DNA from: Prevotella sp.
GTDB lineage: Bacteria > Bacteroidota > Bacteroidia > Bacteroidales > Bacteroidaceae
Length of the DNA stretch: 64,000 nucleotides
Direction of reading: 5' to 3'
NCBI GenBank assembly: GCA_034183335.1
Contig: JAXFLJ010000015.1
Span: 3,300-67,299, forward strand
A model generated the notes under the pieces. That model was not told the DNA's origin and searched no databases. It saw only the letters and a list, made by a program, of their open reading frames with translations. A program made the position numbers and the translations under genes. Shown piece by piece: positions 9,159-19,512 of this stretch. Position 1 is the first letter of the stretch; each line of letters begins with the position of its first letter.

Positions 9159-9166
9159 TAATTTTG
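9159..9166 (+). promoter_or_regulatory. -7 box TAatTTTG upstream of recO
   Basis: 19 nt before the ATG at 9185. Confidence 0.5.
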
Positions 9167-9184
9167 CACCATTCAAAGACTTGT

Positions 9185-9910
9185 ATGCAATCAACTACGA
9201 AAGCCATCGTCTTGCGCAACATCAAATACGGCGACCAATCGCTCATTGTCGACATGCTGACGGAGCAGTTTGGGCGTGTATCTTTTATGATTCGCATTCC
9301 CAAAACGAAAAAAGGAAAATTGAAAAAGCAGTTTTTCCAACCCCTTACCCTTATTGAAATCACTTTTGACTATCGACAAAACATACGCCTGCAACGTCTT
9401 TCTGATGTCAGATTGGCCATTCCTTTCGTTTCCATCCCTTTCCATCCGGTTAAACTCCCCGTATCGTTGTTCCTCGCAGAGTTTCTCTGTCATGCCACAC
9501 GCGACGAGCAGTCAAACCCGGCTTTATTTGGATTTGTGGAGAAAAGTATAGAATGGTATGATGGAGTTGAGAAACAGTTTGCCAACTTCCACCTTGTTTT
9601 TATGATGCGACTAACGAGGTTTATCGGTTTCTTTCCCAACCTCGACGATTACAATAAGGGTGATTATTTCGACCTGCGCAGCAGCAGTTTCTCCTCATCG
9701 GCACCCATCCACACCGACAGTCTCTGTCCCGAAGATGCCGATCGGGTAATTACACTCATGCGACTGACTTATCTTTCAATGCACCTATACAAGATGTTGC
9801 ATACCGATCGCAACCGAATTACCGACATCATCCTGCGTTATTATCGCCTGCATGTACCCTCTTTTCCCGACCTGCGTTCGCCCGACATTCTCAAGGCATT
9901 GTTTGAATAA
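9185..9910 (+). CDS. recO: DNA repair protein RecO
   Basis: MQSTTKAIVLRNIKYGDQSLIVDMLTEQFGRVSF is a typical RecO OB-fold N-terminus. Start set at 9185 because a TAatTTTG box (9159-9166) lies inside the longer track ORF. Confidence 0.85.
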   Translation: MQSTTKAIVLRNIKYGDQSLIVDMLTEQFGRVSFMIRIPKTKKGKLKKQFFQPLTLIEITFDYRQNIRLQRLSDVRLAIPFVSIPFHPVKLPVSLFLAEFLCHATRDEQSNPALFGFVEKSIEWYDGVEKQFANFHLVFMMRLTRFIGFFPNLDDYNKGDYFDLRSSSFSSSAPIHTDSLCPEDADRVITLMRLTYLSMHLYKMLHTDRNRITDIILRYYRLHVPSFPDLRSPDILKALFE

Positions 9911-9911
9911 A

Positions 9912-10104
9912 CCCCAATCGGCCATGAGAGGCCGTACTGATTTCGATTGAATGGCGAGCAGACGGGTTGCCGTTTTGCCGAAAGCACAGCGAGCTGCGTT
10001 GAGAAGAAACGACAGGCAAGATACCGACAAGCAAACGAAAAAAGGCAGGAAGCAACATCATTAGACAGAAACGGAGACCTATGCGGACTCATGAACGATT
10101 GGGG
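9912..10104 (+). mobile_element. family-1 MITE-like element, short form (copy B, best preserved)
   Basis: TIRs CCCCAATCGGCCATGAG / CTCATGAACGATTGGGG are complementary at 15 of 17 positions. ATAAA lies directly on both flanks. It sits between the convergent recO and a beta-barrel gene. Confidence 0.75.
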
Positions 10105-10153
10105 ATAAAAAGCGAGCGACAAACCATCGGGAGTCTGTCGCTCGTAAATCTGA

Positions 10154-10711
10154 CTAAAAACCAAAAGCTACACGCAAGTAAATATTGTTGTAATTGCGCA
10201 GTCCCGGCGTTCTCGAATCTATGCTACGGAAGCCGACGGTAACCGGAATGTAAATTCCCCTACGGTGATAGTCGTACAATGTCAGTCCAAAATCATATTG
10301 TGTGTACTTCCAGTCGACATTACCCACAGAAGCAACCACCTTGGCATGCAAGTCAAGGGCACAGTTTGAATTGAAGAAAGAAGCTCCGGACTTACCCCTG
10401 AACAATGTGAATCCGACGCCGCCGCCTAAACCGTAGTTTGACTCAAAGTACGTGCGTGTAACATCATCTTTATACAATGCCAAAACACCTTGACATGTAG
10501 CCATCAGCGACAAACGCTCGGTAACTTGAAATCCCAGCGTGAAATCAGCTGTGTAAGGCGTCAGGTTGTGCTGTTTGGGAGCAACACTCATGCCAGCTTC
10601 ATAGAACATCAACTCTCTCTTGCCATTACTTCCGCCAGAAGAAATTTCTTGGGCAGAAGCCCCGACCGACAGCAACAAAGCTGCCAAAAACAACAATTTC
10701 TTTTTCATCAT
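10154..10711 (-). CDS. small outer-membrane beta-barrel protein (hypothetical)
   Basis: Signal peptide MMKKKLLFLAALLLSVGASAQE, beta-strand periodicity and a C-terminal ...YLRVAFGF ending in Phe. Confidence 0.6.
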   Translation of the reverse strand: MMKKKLLFLAALLLSVGASAQEISSGGSNGKRELMFYEAGMSVAPKQHNLTPYTADFTLGFQVTERLSLMATCQGVLALYKDDVTRTYFESNYGLGGGVGFTLFRGKSGASFFNSNCALDLHAKVVASVGNVDWKYTQYDFGLTLYDYHRRGIYIPVTVGFRSIDSRTPGLRNYNNIYLRVAFGF

Positions 10712-10907
10712 TTAAATATTTAGGTTAGAACTGTTCGACAAACAAAGGCCATCTTACACATGCAAAAGTAACAAATTCAGACAAAACAGAACAAAAAAAA
10801 CATGTTTTTGCACGCAAAGCATGTCTCAATACAATTATTTAACGATTAAAGAGGTTTCTTTTTCAAAATATAAACAGAAAATCGAATGGTTTGCCACGTT
10901 TTATTTA

Positions 10908-10915
10908 TACCTTTG
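10908..10915 (+). promoter_or_regulatory. -7 box TAccTTTG upstream of mdh
   Basis: 51 nt before the ATG at 10966. Confidence 0.55.
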
Positions 10916-10965
10916 TGCCTGATAAATCGCTTATTCACTTTATTAAATTATAATACAAAAAAGCT

Positions 10966-11958
10966 ATGGCATTTATAACAAACGAGAAACTGACAATCGT
11001 TGGTGCGGCCGGAATGATTGGCTCCAACATGGTTCAAACAGCCCTGATGATGGGTCTTACCAATGAAATTTGCCTTTACGACGTGTTCTCTCCCGAAGGA
11101 GTTGCTGAAGAAATGCGCCAGTGCGGCTTTGGAGACGTGAAGATCACAGCCACCACCGACGTCAAGGAAGCATTCACCAACGCCAAGTACATTATATCTT
11201 CAGGCGGTGCTCCGCGCAAAGAAGGCATGACACGCGAAGACCTTCTGAAAGGTAACTGCGAAATTGCCGAAAGCCTCGGAAAGAACATCAAAACATACTG
11301 CCCTGATGTTAAACACGTCATTATCATCTTCAATCCGGCCGACTTGACAGGTCTTGTTACCCTGCTTTATTCCGGTTTGAAACCCGGACAGGTAACAACT
11401 CTTGCCGGACTTGATACAACTCGTTTGCTCAGTGCATTGGCCAAGAAGTTCAATGTGATGCAAAGCGAAATCGAAGGATGTGCCACTTATGGCGGACACG
11501 GCGAACAAATGGCCGTATTCGGAAGCCACGTGACCATCAAGGGACGCAAGCTGACTGATATCATCGGTACTTCGGAATTCCCCACAGAGGAATGGGAACA
11601 AATGAAAAAAGATGTTACACAGGGGGGAGCTGCCATTATCAAACTGCGTGGCCGTTCGTCATTCCAAAGCCCGTCTTACCTCTCTGTTGAGATGATTCGT
11701 GCCGTCATGGGTGGCGATGCTTTCCGTTTCCCCGTGGGAACATACGTAAAGACCGACAAATACAACCATATCATGATGGCGATGGACACCACCATCGACA
11801 AGAACGGTGCAAGTTTCAAAGTGCCACAGGGTACTGCCGAGGAGAATGCCAAACTCGACCAAAGCTACGAACACTTATGCAAGATGCGTGATGAGCTGGT
11901 GACCCTCAACATCATTCCTCCCACATCAGAATGGAACAAAATCAACCCCAACCTCTAA
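10966..11958 (+). CDS. mdh: malate dehydrogenase (LDH/MDH superfamily)
   Basis: Rossmann motif IVGAAGMIGSN and LDH/MDH-like length and layout. TAccTTTG box at 10908-10915 and a hairpin terminator at 11985-12020. Confidence 0.85.
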   Translation: MAFITNEKLTIVGAAGMIGSNMVQTALMMGLTNEICLYDVFSPEGVAEEMRQCGFGDVKITATTDVKEAFTNAKYIISSGGAPRKEGMTREDLLKGNCEIAESLGKNIKTYCPDVKHVIIIFNPADLTGLVTLLYSGLKPGQVTTLAGLDTTRLLSALAKKFNVMQSEIEGCATYGGHGEQMAVFGSHVTIKGRKLTDIIGTSEFPTEEWEQMKKDVTQGGAAIIKLRGRSSFQSPSYLSVEMIRAVMGGDAFRFPVGTYVKTDKYNHIMMAMDTTIDKNGASFKVPQGTAEENAKLDQSYEHLCKMRDELVTLNIIPPTSEWNKINPNL

Positions 11959-11984
11959 TCAGGGTGGTATGACAATGTCATATA

Positions 11985-12020
11985 AAGGCAGAAGCCATGA
12001 GCTTCTGCCTTATTTCTTTC
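11985..12020 (+). terminator. intrinsic terminator after mdh
   Basis: AAGGCAGAAGC-catga-GCTTCTGCCTT followed by ATTTCTTT. Confidence 0.75.
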
Positions 12021-12094
12021 CCGCCAATTACAAGACCGAAACGCAAAAACACATCGAAACACTTTGTCATCGCACGGCTTTCAGTTGCGCTTTA

Positions 12095-12122
12095 CCCCAA
12101 ATCGGTCATAAAACTGCTAAGG
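12095..12122 (+). repeat. solo family-1 left-terminus fragment
   Basis: CCCCAAATCGGTCATAAAACTGCTAAGG matches the family-1 left terminus. No partner terminus is found nearby. Confidence 0.5.
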
Positions 12123-12274
12123 CTACATTCTCTGTTAATAGTGTTTTCTCCCCTTTCAGACCACATCATCAATACAGATTTGACAAAGGCAATAAGACAA
12201 ACGCAAACATGTCGGTCATGTAAAATTCATCTCCGACATCAAGGTATCCCATCCGTCGACACCACGGCTATCAC

Positions 12275-12316
12275 CAAAAGAAAAATCCGCAAGACTTTCT
12301 ATAAGTCTTACGGATT
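12275..12316 (-). terminator. intrinsic terminator after tRNA-Val
   Basis: Minus strand: AATCCGTAAGACTT-atagaa-AGTCTTGCGGATT followed by TTTCTTTT. Confidence 0.7.
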
Positions 12317-12326
12317 ACCATTCTTG

Positions 12327-12401
12327 TGGGCGCTGACGGATTCGAACCGCCGACCCTCTGCTTGTAAGGCAGACGCTCTGAACCAACTGAGCTAAGCGCC
12401 C
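12327..12401 (-). tRNA. tRNA-Val (anticodon TAC)
   Basis: Hand-folded cloverleaf: acceptor GGGCGCT/AGCGCCC, D arm GCTC..GAGC, anticodon arm TCTGC-CTTACAA-GCAGA, T arm GGCGG-TTCGAAT-CCGTC. It is 75 nt with no encoded CCA. Confidence 0.9.
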
Positions 12402-12419
12402 TTAGCTAAAAAAGCGATG

Positions 12420-12427
12420 CAAAGATA
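12420..12427 (-). promoter_or_regulatory. -7 box TAtcTTTG upstream of tRNA-Val
   Basis: 19 nt upstream of the mature tRNA 5' end at 12401. Confidence 0.55.
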
Positions 12428-12911
12428 GCTTGTTTTGTTATAACCGCCAAACTTTTGAACAACTTTTTTGCGTGTTTTCCTCAAAAAAAGAAGAAAAACA
12501 ACCATTGTCAAGGTGATCTTTCGACAAAGGAAAAGATACAGCCAGCATGCGAAGAAGTAAAAGAGAACGATCCAAACACATATAATCCAAACATTTACGC
12601 ACAACGAAATGCGTATCAAACACAACTTCTTTTTAAGTTCGCATCGACCTATGTCCAAACAATACCTTAATTAATATAAGATTAGGCACCATCCTCTTAC
12701 TTCGTGAAAATTTACCAAATAAACCCTGAAACAGCCGAAAACGATACCAGAAAAGATGAAAAACCAACCTTTTCTGTTCACGCACAAAATGCAACGGTTT
12801 AATGACAACAACAAGCCAACATAACACATCAGAGACAACCTGCCAAGACACGCGAATCGGTTGGCTCCAATAATCATCATGGAAATAGAGTTGCAAATGG
12901 GAAATATTTTG

Positions 12912-12919
12912 TAATTTTG
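12912..12919 (+). promoter_or_regulatory. -7 box TAatTTTG upstream of gltX
   Basis: 21 nt before the ATG at 12940. Confidence 0.55.
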
Positions 12920-12939
12920 CCGCCAAATACAGACGTATC

Positions 12940-14460
12940 ATGGCAGAAAGAAGAGTTAGAGTAAGATTCGCTCCCAGTCCGACAGGGCCGCTTCATATAG
13001 GAGGCGTACGAACGGCGTTATACAATTACCTGTTTGCGAAGCAACATCAGGGCGACTTTGTATTCCGAATTGAAGACACCGATTCGAGCCGTTTTGTTCC
13101 CGGTGCTGAAGAATACATCATCGAAACATTCCATTGGCTCGGCCTGAAGTTCGATGAAGGAGTTTCGTTCGGCGGCCAGCACGGCCCGTACAGACAGAGC
13201 GAACGGCGCGAAATATACAAGGAATACGTACAAAAGCTGCTCGATAGCAACCATGCATACATTGCCTTCGACACGCCGGAAGAACTGGATGCCTGCCGGA
13301 AGGCTGTGGACAACTTCCAATACGATGCCAAGACGCGCCTTTCCATGCGCAATTCGCTTACGCTTTCGCAAGAAGAGGTTGATGCCATGATAGCCGATGG
13401 CCAGCAATATGTGGTGCGTTTCAAGGTAGAGCCCGGCCAAACAATCATCGTAGACGACATGATCAGGGGTGAAGTGCGTGTACAAAGCGATGTGCTTGAC
13501 GACAAAGTGCTTTACAAGAGTGCCGATGAGCTGCCCACCTACCACTTGGCCAACATCGTAGACGACCATCTCATGGAAATCACCCACGTAATTCGAGGCG
13601 AAGAATGGTTGCCGAGCGCACCGCTGCATGTGCTCCTTTACCGTGCTTTTGGCTGGGAACACACCACGATGCCACGCTTTGCGCACCTCTCACTATTGCT
13701 CAAGCCCGAGGGAAAGGGCAAACTTTCCAAACGCGATGGTGACCGTTTGGGATTCCCCGTATTCCCCTTGGAATGGCACGACCCAAAGAGTGAAGAAGTA
13801 TCGAGCGGTTTCAGGGAGAGCGGTTATTTCCCCGAAGCCGTCATCAACTTCCTCGCCTTGCTTGGCTGGAATCCCGGAATAGAGCAGGAAATGCTCTCTT
13901 TAGACGAACTGGTACGTCTCTTCGATATTACAAAATGCCAGAAAGCAGGTGCTCGTTTCGACTTCCAAAAGGCCGTTTGGTTCAATCACGAATATATGTT
14001 GAGCAAGAGCAGCAAGGAGATTGCGCAGCTCTTTGCACCCATTGTGGCAGGAAATGGTGTAGACGAGTCGCTCGAACGTGTCACACAAGTAGTCGAAATG
14101 ATGAAAGACCGTGTCAATTTTGTCAAGGAACTGTGGCCGCTCTGCTCGTTCTTCTTCCTCCCGCCGATTGCCTACGATGAAAAAACTGTGCGTAAACGCT
14201 GGAAGCCCGACTCGGCTAAGGTGATGGGCGAGCTGGCCGATGTACTGGCCTCAATTGACGATTTCAGCATCGAAGGACAAGAACCGGTCGTCATGCAATG
14301 GGTAGAACGGCAGGGATACAAACTCGGTGATGTCATGAATGCCTTCCGTCTGGCACTCGTCGGCGAAGGCAAAGGCCCCGGTATGTTCGACATTTCAGCA
14401 TTCCTCGGCAAGCAAGAGACACTCGACCGCCTGCACAAAGCCATCGAAACATTAGGCTGA
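12940..14460 (+). CDS. gltX: glutamate--tRNA ligase
   Basis: Class I motifs are present: [16 protein letters not shown] (HIGH) and KLSKR (KMSKS). Confidence 0.95.
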   Translation: MAERRVRVRFAPSPTGPLHIGGVRTALYNYLFAKQHQGDFVFRIEDTDSSRFVPGAEEYIIETFHWLGLKFDEGVSFGGQHGPYRQSERREIYKEYVQKLLDSNHAYIAFDTPEELDACRKAVDNFQYDAKTRLSMRNSLTLSQEEVDAMIADGQQYVVRFKVEPGQTIIVDDMIRGEVRVQSDVLDDKVLYKSADELPTYHLANIVDDHLMEITHVIRGEEWLPSAPLHVLLYRAFGWEHTTMPRFAHLSLLLKPEGKGKLSKRDGDRLGFPVFPLEWHDPKSEEVSSGFRESGYFPEAVINFLALLGWNPGIEQEMLSLDELVRLFDITKCQKAGARFDFQKAVWFNHEYMLSKSSKEIAQLFAPIVAGNGVDESLERVTQVVEMMKDRVNFVKELWPLCSFFFLPPIAYDEKTVRKRWKPDSAKVMGELADVLASIDDFSIEGQEPVVMQWVERQGYKLGDVMNAFRLALVGEGKGPGMFDISAFLGKQETLDRLHKAIETLG

Positions 14461-14463
14461 TAC

Positions 14464-15726
14464 ATGCTCATCATCTGGCGCAACATCTGGTATAACATCC
14501 TCATTTGGCTCTATTTGACAGCCATTGCCATATATAGCATCTTCAACCGAAAGGTAAAGAAGATGTGGAAAGGCGAGCGTGCGGCTTTCAATATACTGCG
14601 CCAACAGGTCGACTCTTCAGCCCGTTACGTGTGGTTTCATGCCGCTTCGCTCGGAGAATTTGAACAAGGGCGGCCATTGATGGAGCAATTACGGGCACAA
14701 CATCCCGAATACAAGATATTGCTCACGTTCTTTTCCCCCTCAGGCTATGAGGTACGGAAAGACTATCCGGGTGCAGACATCATCTGCTACCTCCCTCTCG
14801 ACACCATAGCCAACGCCCGCCGCTTCCTCCGTTTAGTGCGGCCAGTCATGGCATTCTTCATCAAATACGAGTTCTGGTACAACTATCTGCATATCCTCAA
14901 GCACCGCAACATACCAGTTTACAGTGTTTCGAGCATCTTCCGCCCCGAACAGATATTCTTTCGTTGGTATGGAAAATCGTATGGAGAGGTTCTCAAATGC
15001 TTCACGCATTTTTATGTTCAGAACGAAGAAAGCCGTACTTTGCTCTCAAACATCGGCCTCCATAACGCCACCGTCGTTGGCGACACGCGCTTCGACCGGG
15101 TACTGCAAATCAAGGAGGCGGCAAAGTCACTGCCCGTTGTCGATGCTTTCTGTCATACGGACAACGCAACCTTTGCTCGCCCGAAAGTATTTGTAGCCGG
15201 TTCAAGCTGGAGCCCCGACGAAGAGATCTTCATCCGTTACTTCAACCAACAGGCCGACTGGAAACTCATCATTGCCCCCCATGTTATCGGCAGCGACCAT
15301 CTCAAACAAATTCTTTCCAAGCTAAATGGCACAACACTGTTATATACCGAGGCTACAGAAGCTACAGCCCGAAAAGCCGACTGTCTCATCATCGACTGCT
15401 TCGGACTGCTCTCTTCCATCTACCGATATGCCGATATAACCTACGTCGGCGGCGGTTTTGGCGCAGGTATACACAACGTGCTCGAGGCGGCCGTATGGCA
15501 CAAGCCTGTCATTTTTGGCCCCAACAATGCCCGATTTCAGGAAGCTCAGGGTCTGAAAGCTGCCGGAGGAGGGTTTGAAATATCCTCATACGAAGACTTC
15601 TCAAGCCTTGTTGAAAAGCTGAAAGATGAACCCGCCACCTTGCTTTCGGCCGGGACTGCTGCCGGAAACTATGTGGCCAGCCTTACCGGAGCAACGGAAA
15701 AGGTGATGAAAAGTTGTTTCTCCTAA
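14464..15726 (+). CDS. waaA: 3-deoxy-D-manno-octulosonic acid (Kdo) transferase
   Basis: N-terminal membrane segment, the WFHAASLGEFEQGRPL motif region and glycosyltransferase family 30 length. It starts 3 nt after the gltX stop. Confidence 0.85.
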   Translation: MLIIWRNIWYNILIWLYLTAIAIYSIFNRKVKKMWKGERAAFNILRQQVDSSARYVWFHAASLGEFEQGRPLMEQLRAQHPEYKILLTFFSPSGYEVRKDYPGADIICYLPLDTIANARRFLRLVRPVMAFFIKYEFWYNYLHILKHRNIPVYSVSSIFRPEQIFFRWYGKSYGEVLKCFTHFYVQNEESRTLLSNIGLHNATVVGDTRFDRVLQIKEAAKSLPVVDAFCHTDNATFARPKVFVAGSSWSPDEEIFIRYFNQQADWKLIIAPHVIGSDHLKQILSKLNGTTLLYTEATEATARKADCLIIDCFGLLSSIYRYADITYVGGGFGAGIHNVLEAAVWHKPVIFGPNNARFQEAQGLKAAGGGFEISSYEDFSSLVEKLKDEPATLLSAGTAAGNYVASLTGATEKVMKSCFS

Positions 15727-15917
15727 CCCCGTTCCCACTCTATTCTTATTCTGCTTCTTCACAGCCTTGTGGTGGTTTTCGCAATTTGTCCACCCACCTC
15801 TCGTCTATTTGTAGGCAAGCTGAAGATATATCACGGTTTCAACTGTCTTCCATTGATTGTCAAAGAAAGGTCAAAAAGCATGCAGACAAACAAGATCTTC
15901 AATTATGAGATTGATGA

Positions 15918-16378
15918 CCCCAATGGGTCATTAGACCGCTAAGGCCTTCCATTTCACACCATCCATCTGCTTTCCTCTTGTTTTCACCAGTTGCTATGCA
16001 GTCAAACTGTGCCGTGTCAGACGCCCATGTGTGCGACAAGTCCTCACGGCCTGCCATCGTACCAATGTCTGGTACTGTGCGTACCAACGACTGGTACGGC
16101 TCGTACCAAGCATTGGTACACGCCCTACCGGTCGTTGGTAGTATTTCGGTCATTGCCCGGTTCTGTCCTACTTGCTCGTTCAATTCCAACCGTTTATTAG
16201 GCCGCTAAAATTTTATTTATGTCTAATGCCGTTGCTTCCCGACTGCTTTCGCTTGCTTGTCGGCATCTTGTCTGCCATTTTTGTTCAATGTTATCCGCCG
16301 TTTTTCGACAAACCGACAGTCCGTTTGCTGAACATCCAAATGAAATCAGTATGCTCCCAAATGACCGGATTAGGATTG
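15918..16378 (-). mobile_element. composite: family-1 element plus HA module plus second family-1 right part
   Basis: Ends are CCCCAATGGGTCATTAGACCGC (left) and CCCAAATGACCGGATTAGGATTG (right). The interior is collinear (reverse orientation) with 4030-4342. Confidence 0.7.
16059..16141 (-). repeat. hairpin-array module HA2
   Basis: Four GTACCA-N5-TGGTAC-type hairpins at 16059-16075, 16081-16097, 16103-16119 and 16125-16141. Nearly identical to HA1 in reverse complement. Confidence 0.9.
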
Positions 16379-16623
16379 AAAGAGGGTGGATGACGCAAAT
16401 ATGATACAAAACTAAAAAGTGAAAGATCCGCTCTTGGTCATGGCTTTCTATGGCAACAATGTTGTTTTGGCAAAATGAGGGCTATATATATAATGGTATG
16501 TTTATCTTTGTCCGAACATCGTTCGTCACACTTGAAGTCTGTGTTGTTCAACATGCACACGTCTATAGTCGTACTCTTGGGATTGGAGGCATGTGCGAAC
16601 GGTGGCTGATAGATTAAAAGAAA

Positions 16624-16665
16624 AAAGTAAAACAGCCTTTTGTCAACTGCTTTACTTTTTTCTTT
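16624..16665. terminator. bidirectional hairpin terminator (tRNA-Gln and a candidate plus-strand sRNA)
   Basis: AAAGTAAAACAG / CTGCTTTACTTT (one mismatch), flanked by an A-run on the left and a T-run on the right. Confidence 0.65.
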
Positions 16666-16666
16666 G

Positions 16667-16737
16667 TTGGGATACCTGGACTCGAACCAAGAATGACAGG
16701 ACCAGAATCTGTAGTGTTACCATTACACCATATCCCA
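16667..16737 (-). tRNA. tRNA-Gln (anticodon CTG)
   Basis: Hand-folded: acceptor TGGGATA/TATCCCA plus discriminator A, anticodon loop TTCTGGT, T arm CTTGG-TTCGAGT-CCAGG. There is one A.C mismatch at the base of the anticodon stem. TAatTTTG box at 16784-16791. Confidence 0.8.
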
Positions 16738-16783
16738 ATTGTTATGTATCAATCGGCGAGAATTACCTCCCCTTTTGCAGGTG

Positions 16784-16791
16784 CAAAATTA
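16784..16791 (-). promoter_or_regulatory. -7 box TAatTTTG upstream of tRNA-Gln
   Basis: 47 nt upstream of the tRNA 5' end at 16737. Confidence 0.45.
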
Positions 16792-17050
16792 CGGCGTTTT
16801 TTTCTAAATGCCAAATTTTTGATGAAAAAAATGGTTTTGACAGATATTTTGCTGTTGTCATCTTGTCGCATGAAATATAAAGGCGAAAAAGCTTATCAAA
16901 TAAGGGTTGGCTCTCAGTATAGCTGTTGTCTGTCTGCTTGTATTGACCGAGTTGTCGGTGCTTGTATCTGATTGTACGAATGACAAATAAGGTTGTGAAG
17001 CACAATTCATAATAATTCAAAATTTATTTTGTTGTTCATGCCATTTCATT

Positions 17051-17058
17051 TATCTTTG
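17051..17058 (+). promoter_or_regulatory. -7 box TAtcTTTG upstream of rsfS-ftsH
   Basis: 30 nt before the ATG at 17088. Confidence 0.55.
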
Positions 17059-17087
17059 TGTCTTATTTTGAATCATATTAATATAGA

Positions 17088-17441
17088 ATGGAAAAGAACT
17101 TGGTTGAAGCAATCATCGAGGGAATACAGGAAAAGAAAGGACATAAAATCGTAGTGATAGACATGGATAAAATCGATGGTGCTGTCTGTCGGTTCTTTGT
17201 GGTTTGTGAAGGAAATTCGCCTCAACAGGTGGAAGCCATTGCCGATTCTGTGGAAGAATTTGCCCGAATAAAGGCTGGAGAGAAGCCCATTCATGTAGTT
17301 GGCGTGGGGCTTTCGCAGTGGGTTGCGATGGACTATGCTGATGTAATGGTGCATGTTTTCTTGCCCGATGTACGTGAGTATTATGACCTTGAACATCTGT
17401 GGGGGGATGCCAAATTGACAGAAGTTGCCGATTTGGATTGA
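17088..17441 (+). CDS. rsfS: ribosome silencing factor RsfS (iojap-like)
   Basis: 117 aa with the conserved DYADVMVHVF...REYYDLEHLW C-terminal block. It lies immediately upstream of ftsH, as is usual in Bacteroidota. Confidence 0.85.
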   Translation: MEKNLVEAIIEGIQEKKGHKIVVIDMDKIDGAVCRFFVVCEGNSPQQVEAIADSVEEFARIKAGEKPIHVVGVGLSQWVAMDYADVMVHVFLPDVREYYDLEHLWGDAKLTEVADLD

Positions 17442-17496
17442 ATTTTGCATACAACCGATAAGGTTAGAATATTATATCAAACTTAGAAAGTTATAC

Positions 17497-19512
17497 ATGG
17501 ACGAGAATAAGAATAAGCCGAATATGCCCAAATTCAATCTTAATTGGATTTATACGCTCATTATCATTGGCCTGGCCGTTGCCTTCTTCGCTGGTGGTGG
17601 CAGCAAGAGCGGCGGGGCAAGTCGCGATGCTTCCTATACGGAATTTAAGCAATGGGTCAAGAAAGGATACGCTTCTGAAGTGACCATCAACAACGATGAT
17701 AAGACTTTGAAGATGTTTGTGAAGCCTCAACATATAAGAGAGGTGTTCAAGGCTGGTACCAAACAGGTCGGCACAGAGCCTTACTTGCTGGTTGAGTTTG
17801 GCTCGGTAGAGCAGGTGGAAACCTTTCTCAACGAGGCCACAAAAGCCAAGACCTTCAACGGAAACTATAATTACGAGAACAAAAAAGGCAGTGATTTGCT
17901 CACCCTTCTTATTAATTTCTCACCCCTTATCTTCCTTATTGCCATGATGATATTCCTCACCCGCAGGATGGGTGGTGGTGCCGGTGGCCCTGGCGGAGTG
18001 TTTAACGTGGGCAAATCTAAAGCGAAGATGTACGAAAAGGGCAACGATTTGGGCATCACCTTTAAGGATGTAGCCGGTCAGGCTGGCGCAAAGCAAGAGG
18101 TTCAGGAAATAGTTGAGTTCTTGAAAAACCCTACCAAGTACACAGATTTGGGTGGAAAGATTCCCAAAGGAGCTTTGCTGGTAGGCCCTCCGGGCACTGG
18201 TAAGACCCTGTTGGCTAAAGCCGTGGCCGGAGAGGCTGGTGTTCCGTTCTTCTCGATGAGCGGAAGTGACTTCGTGGAGATGTTTGTCGGCGTAGGAGCC
18301 AGTCGTGTCCGAGACCTCTTCCGTCAAGCGAAGGAAAAGTCGCCGTGCATCATTTTCATTGACGAAATTGATGCTGTGGGTCGTGCCCGTTCAAAGAATC
18401 CGTCGATGGGAGGCAACGACGAGCGGGAAAATACGCTCAATGCCCTTCTGACAGAGATGGACGGATTTGGTACGAACAGTGGTGTTATTATTCTTGCAGC
18501 CACTAACCGCGCCGATATGCTTGACAAAGCGTTGCTGCGTGCTGGTCGTTTCGACCGTGAGATACATGTGGATTTACCCGATTTGAATGAAAGAAAAGAG
18601 ATATTCAACGTACACCTACGTCCCGTTAAGACCGATCAAAGCCTTGATATAGAACTGTTGGCACGTCAGACGCCGGGCTTTTCTGGAGCGGATATTGCCA
18701 ATGTGTGCAATGAGGCTGCCCTGATTGCTGCCCGAAGAGATGCAAAATATGTCGGGAAACAAGACTTCCTCGATGCTGTAGACCGTATTATCGGCGGCTT
18801 GGAGAAAAAGACCAAAGTAATGACGGCGCACGAAAAGCGTACCATTGCATTGCATGAAGCCGGACATGCCACTGTTTCTTGGTTCTGCGAACATGCCAAT
18901 CCATTGGTGAAAGTGTCTATCGTACCTCGTGGAAGGGCACTCGGTGCGGCGTGGTATCTGCCCGAAGAGCGACAGATTACCACCAAGGAGGAGATGCTCG
19001 ATGAAATGTGTGCCTTGCTTGGTGGACGTGCGGCAGAGGAATTGTTTGCCGGCCGAATCTCAACCGGGGCGATGAACGACCTCGAACGTGCTACTAAAAG
19101 TTCGTATGGCATGATTGCCTATGCCGGTATGAGTGACAAGCTGCCCAATATCTGCTATTACAACAATCAGGAATACCAGTTCCAGCGACCCTATTCGGAG
19201 ACTACTGCGAAAATCATTGATGACGAAGTGCTGCGCATGGTGAATGAACAATACGACCGGGCAAAGCGTATTCTCGATGAGCATAAGGAAGGACACAACG
19301 CTCTTACGGAAATGCTTATCCGTTCAGAGGTTATCTTTGCCGAGGATGTTGAGAAAATATTTGGCAAGCGTCCGTGGGTAAGTCGCTCTCAGGAAATCAT
19401 GAACGATGAAAAAAATGAGGAAGAAAGGTTACATCGTCAAGAAGAAACCGACGTAATGAAAGACGAAGACACGCATTCCGATAAAGATGTGACCGTGGCA
19501 GATAACGCATAG
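17497..19512 (+). CDS. ftsH: ATP-dependent zinc metalloprotease FtsH
   Basis: Walker [12 protein letters not shown] region and zinc motif HEAGHA. Start set at MDENKNKP (17497). The track ORF start at 17425 overlaps the end of rsfS. Confidence 0.95.
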   Translation: MDENKNKPNMPKFNLNWIYTLIIIGLAVAFFAGGGSKSGGASRDASYTEFKQWVKKGYASEVTINNDDKTLKMFVKPQHIREVFKAGTKQVGTEPYLLVEFGSVEQVETFLNEATKAKTFNGNYNYENKKGSDLLTLLINFSPLIFLIAMMIFLTRRMGGGAGGPGGVFNVGKSKAKMYEKGNDLGITFKDVAGQAGAKQEVQEIVEFLKNPTKYTDLGGKIPKGALLVGPPGTGKTLLAKAVAGEAGVPFFSMSGSDFVEMFVGVGASRVRDLFRQAKEKSPCIIFIDEIDAVGRARSKNPSMGGNDERENTLNALLTEMDGFGTNSGVIILAATNRADMLDKALLRAGRFDREIHVDLPDLNERKEIFNVHLRPVKTDQSLDIELLARQTPGFSGADIANVCNEAALIAARRDAKYVGKQDFLDAVDRIIGGLEKKTKVMTAHEKRTIALHEAGHATVSWFCEHANPLVKVSIVPRGRALGAAWYLPEERQITTKEEMLDEMCALLGGRAAEELFAGRISTGAMNDLERATKSSYGMIAYAGMSDKLPNICYYNNQEYQFQRPYSETTAKIIDDEVLRMVNEQYDRAKRILDEHKEGHNALTEMLIRSEVIFAEDVEKIFGKRPWVSRSQEIMNDEKNEEERLHRQEETDVMKDEDTHSDKDVTVADNA

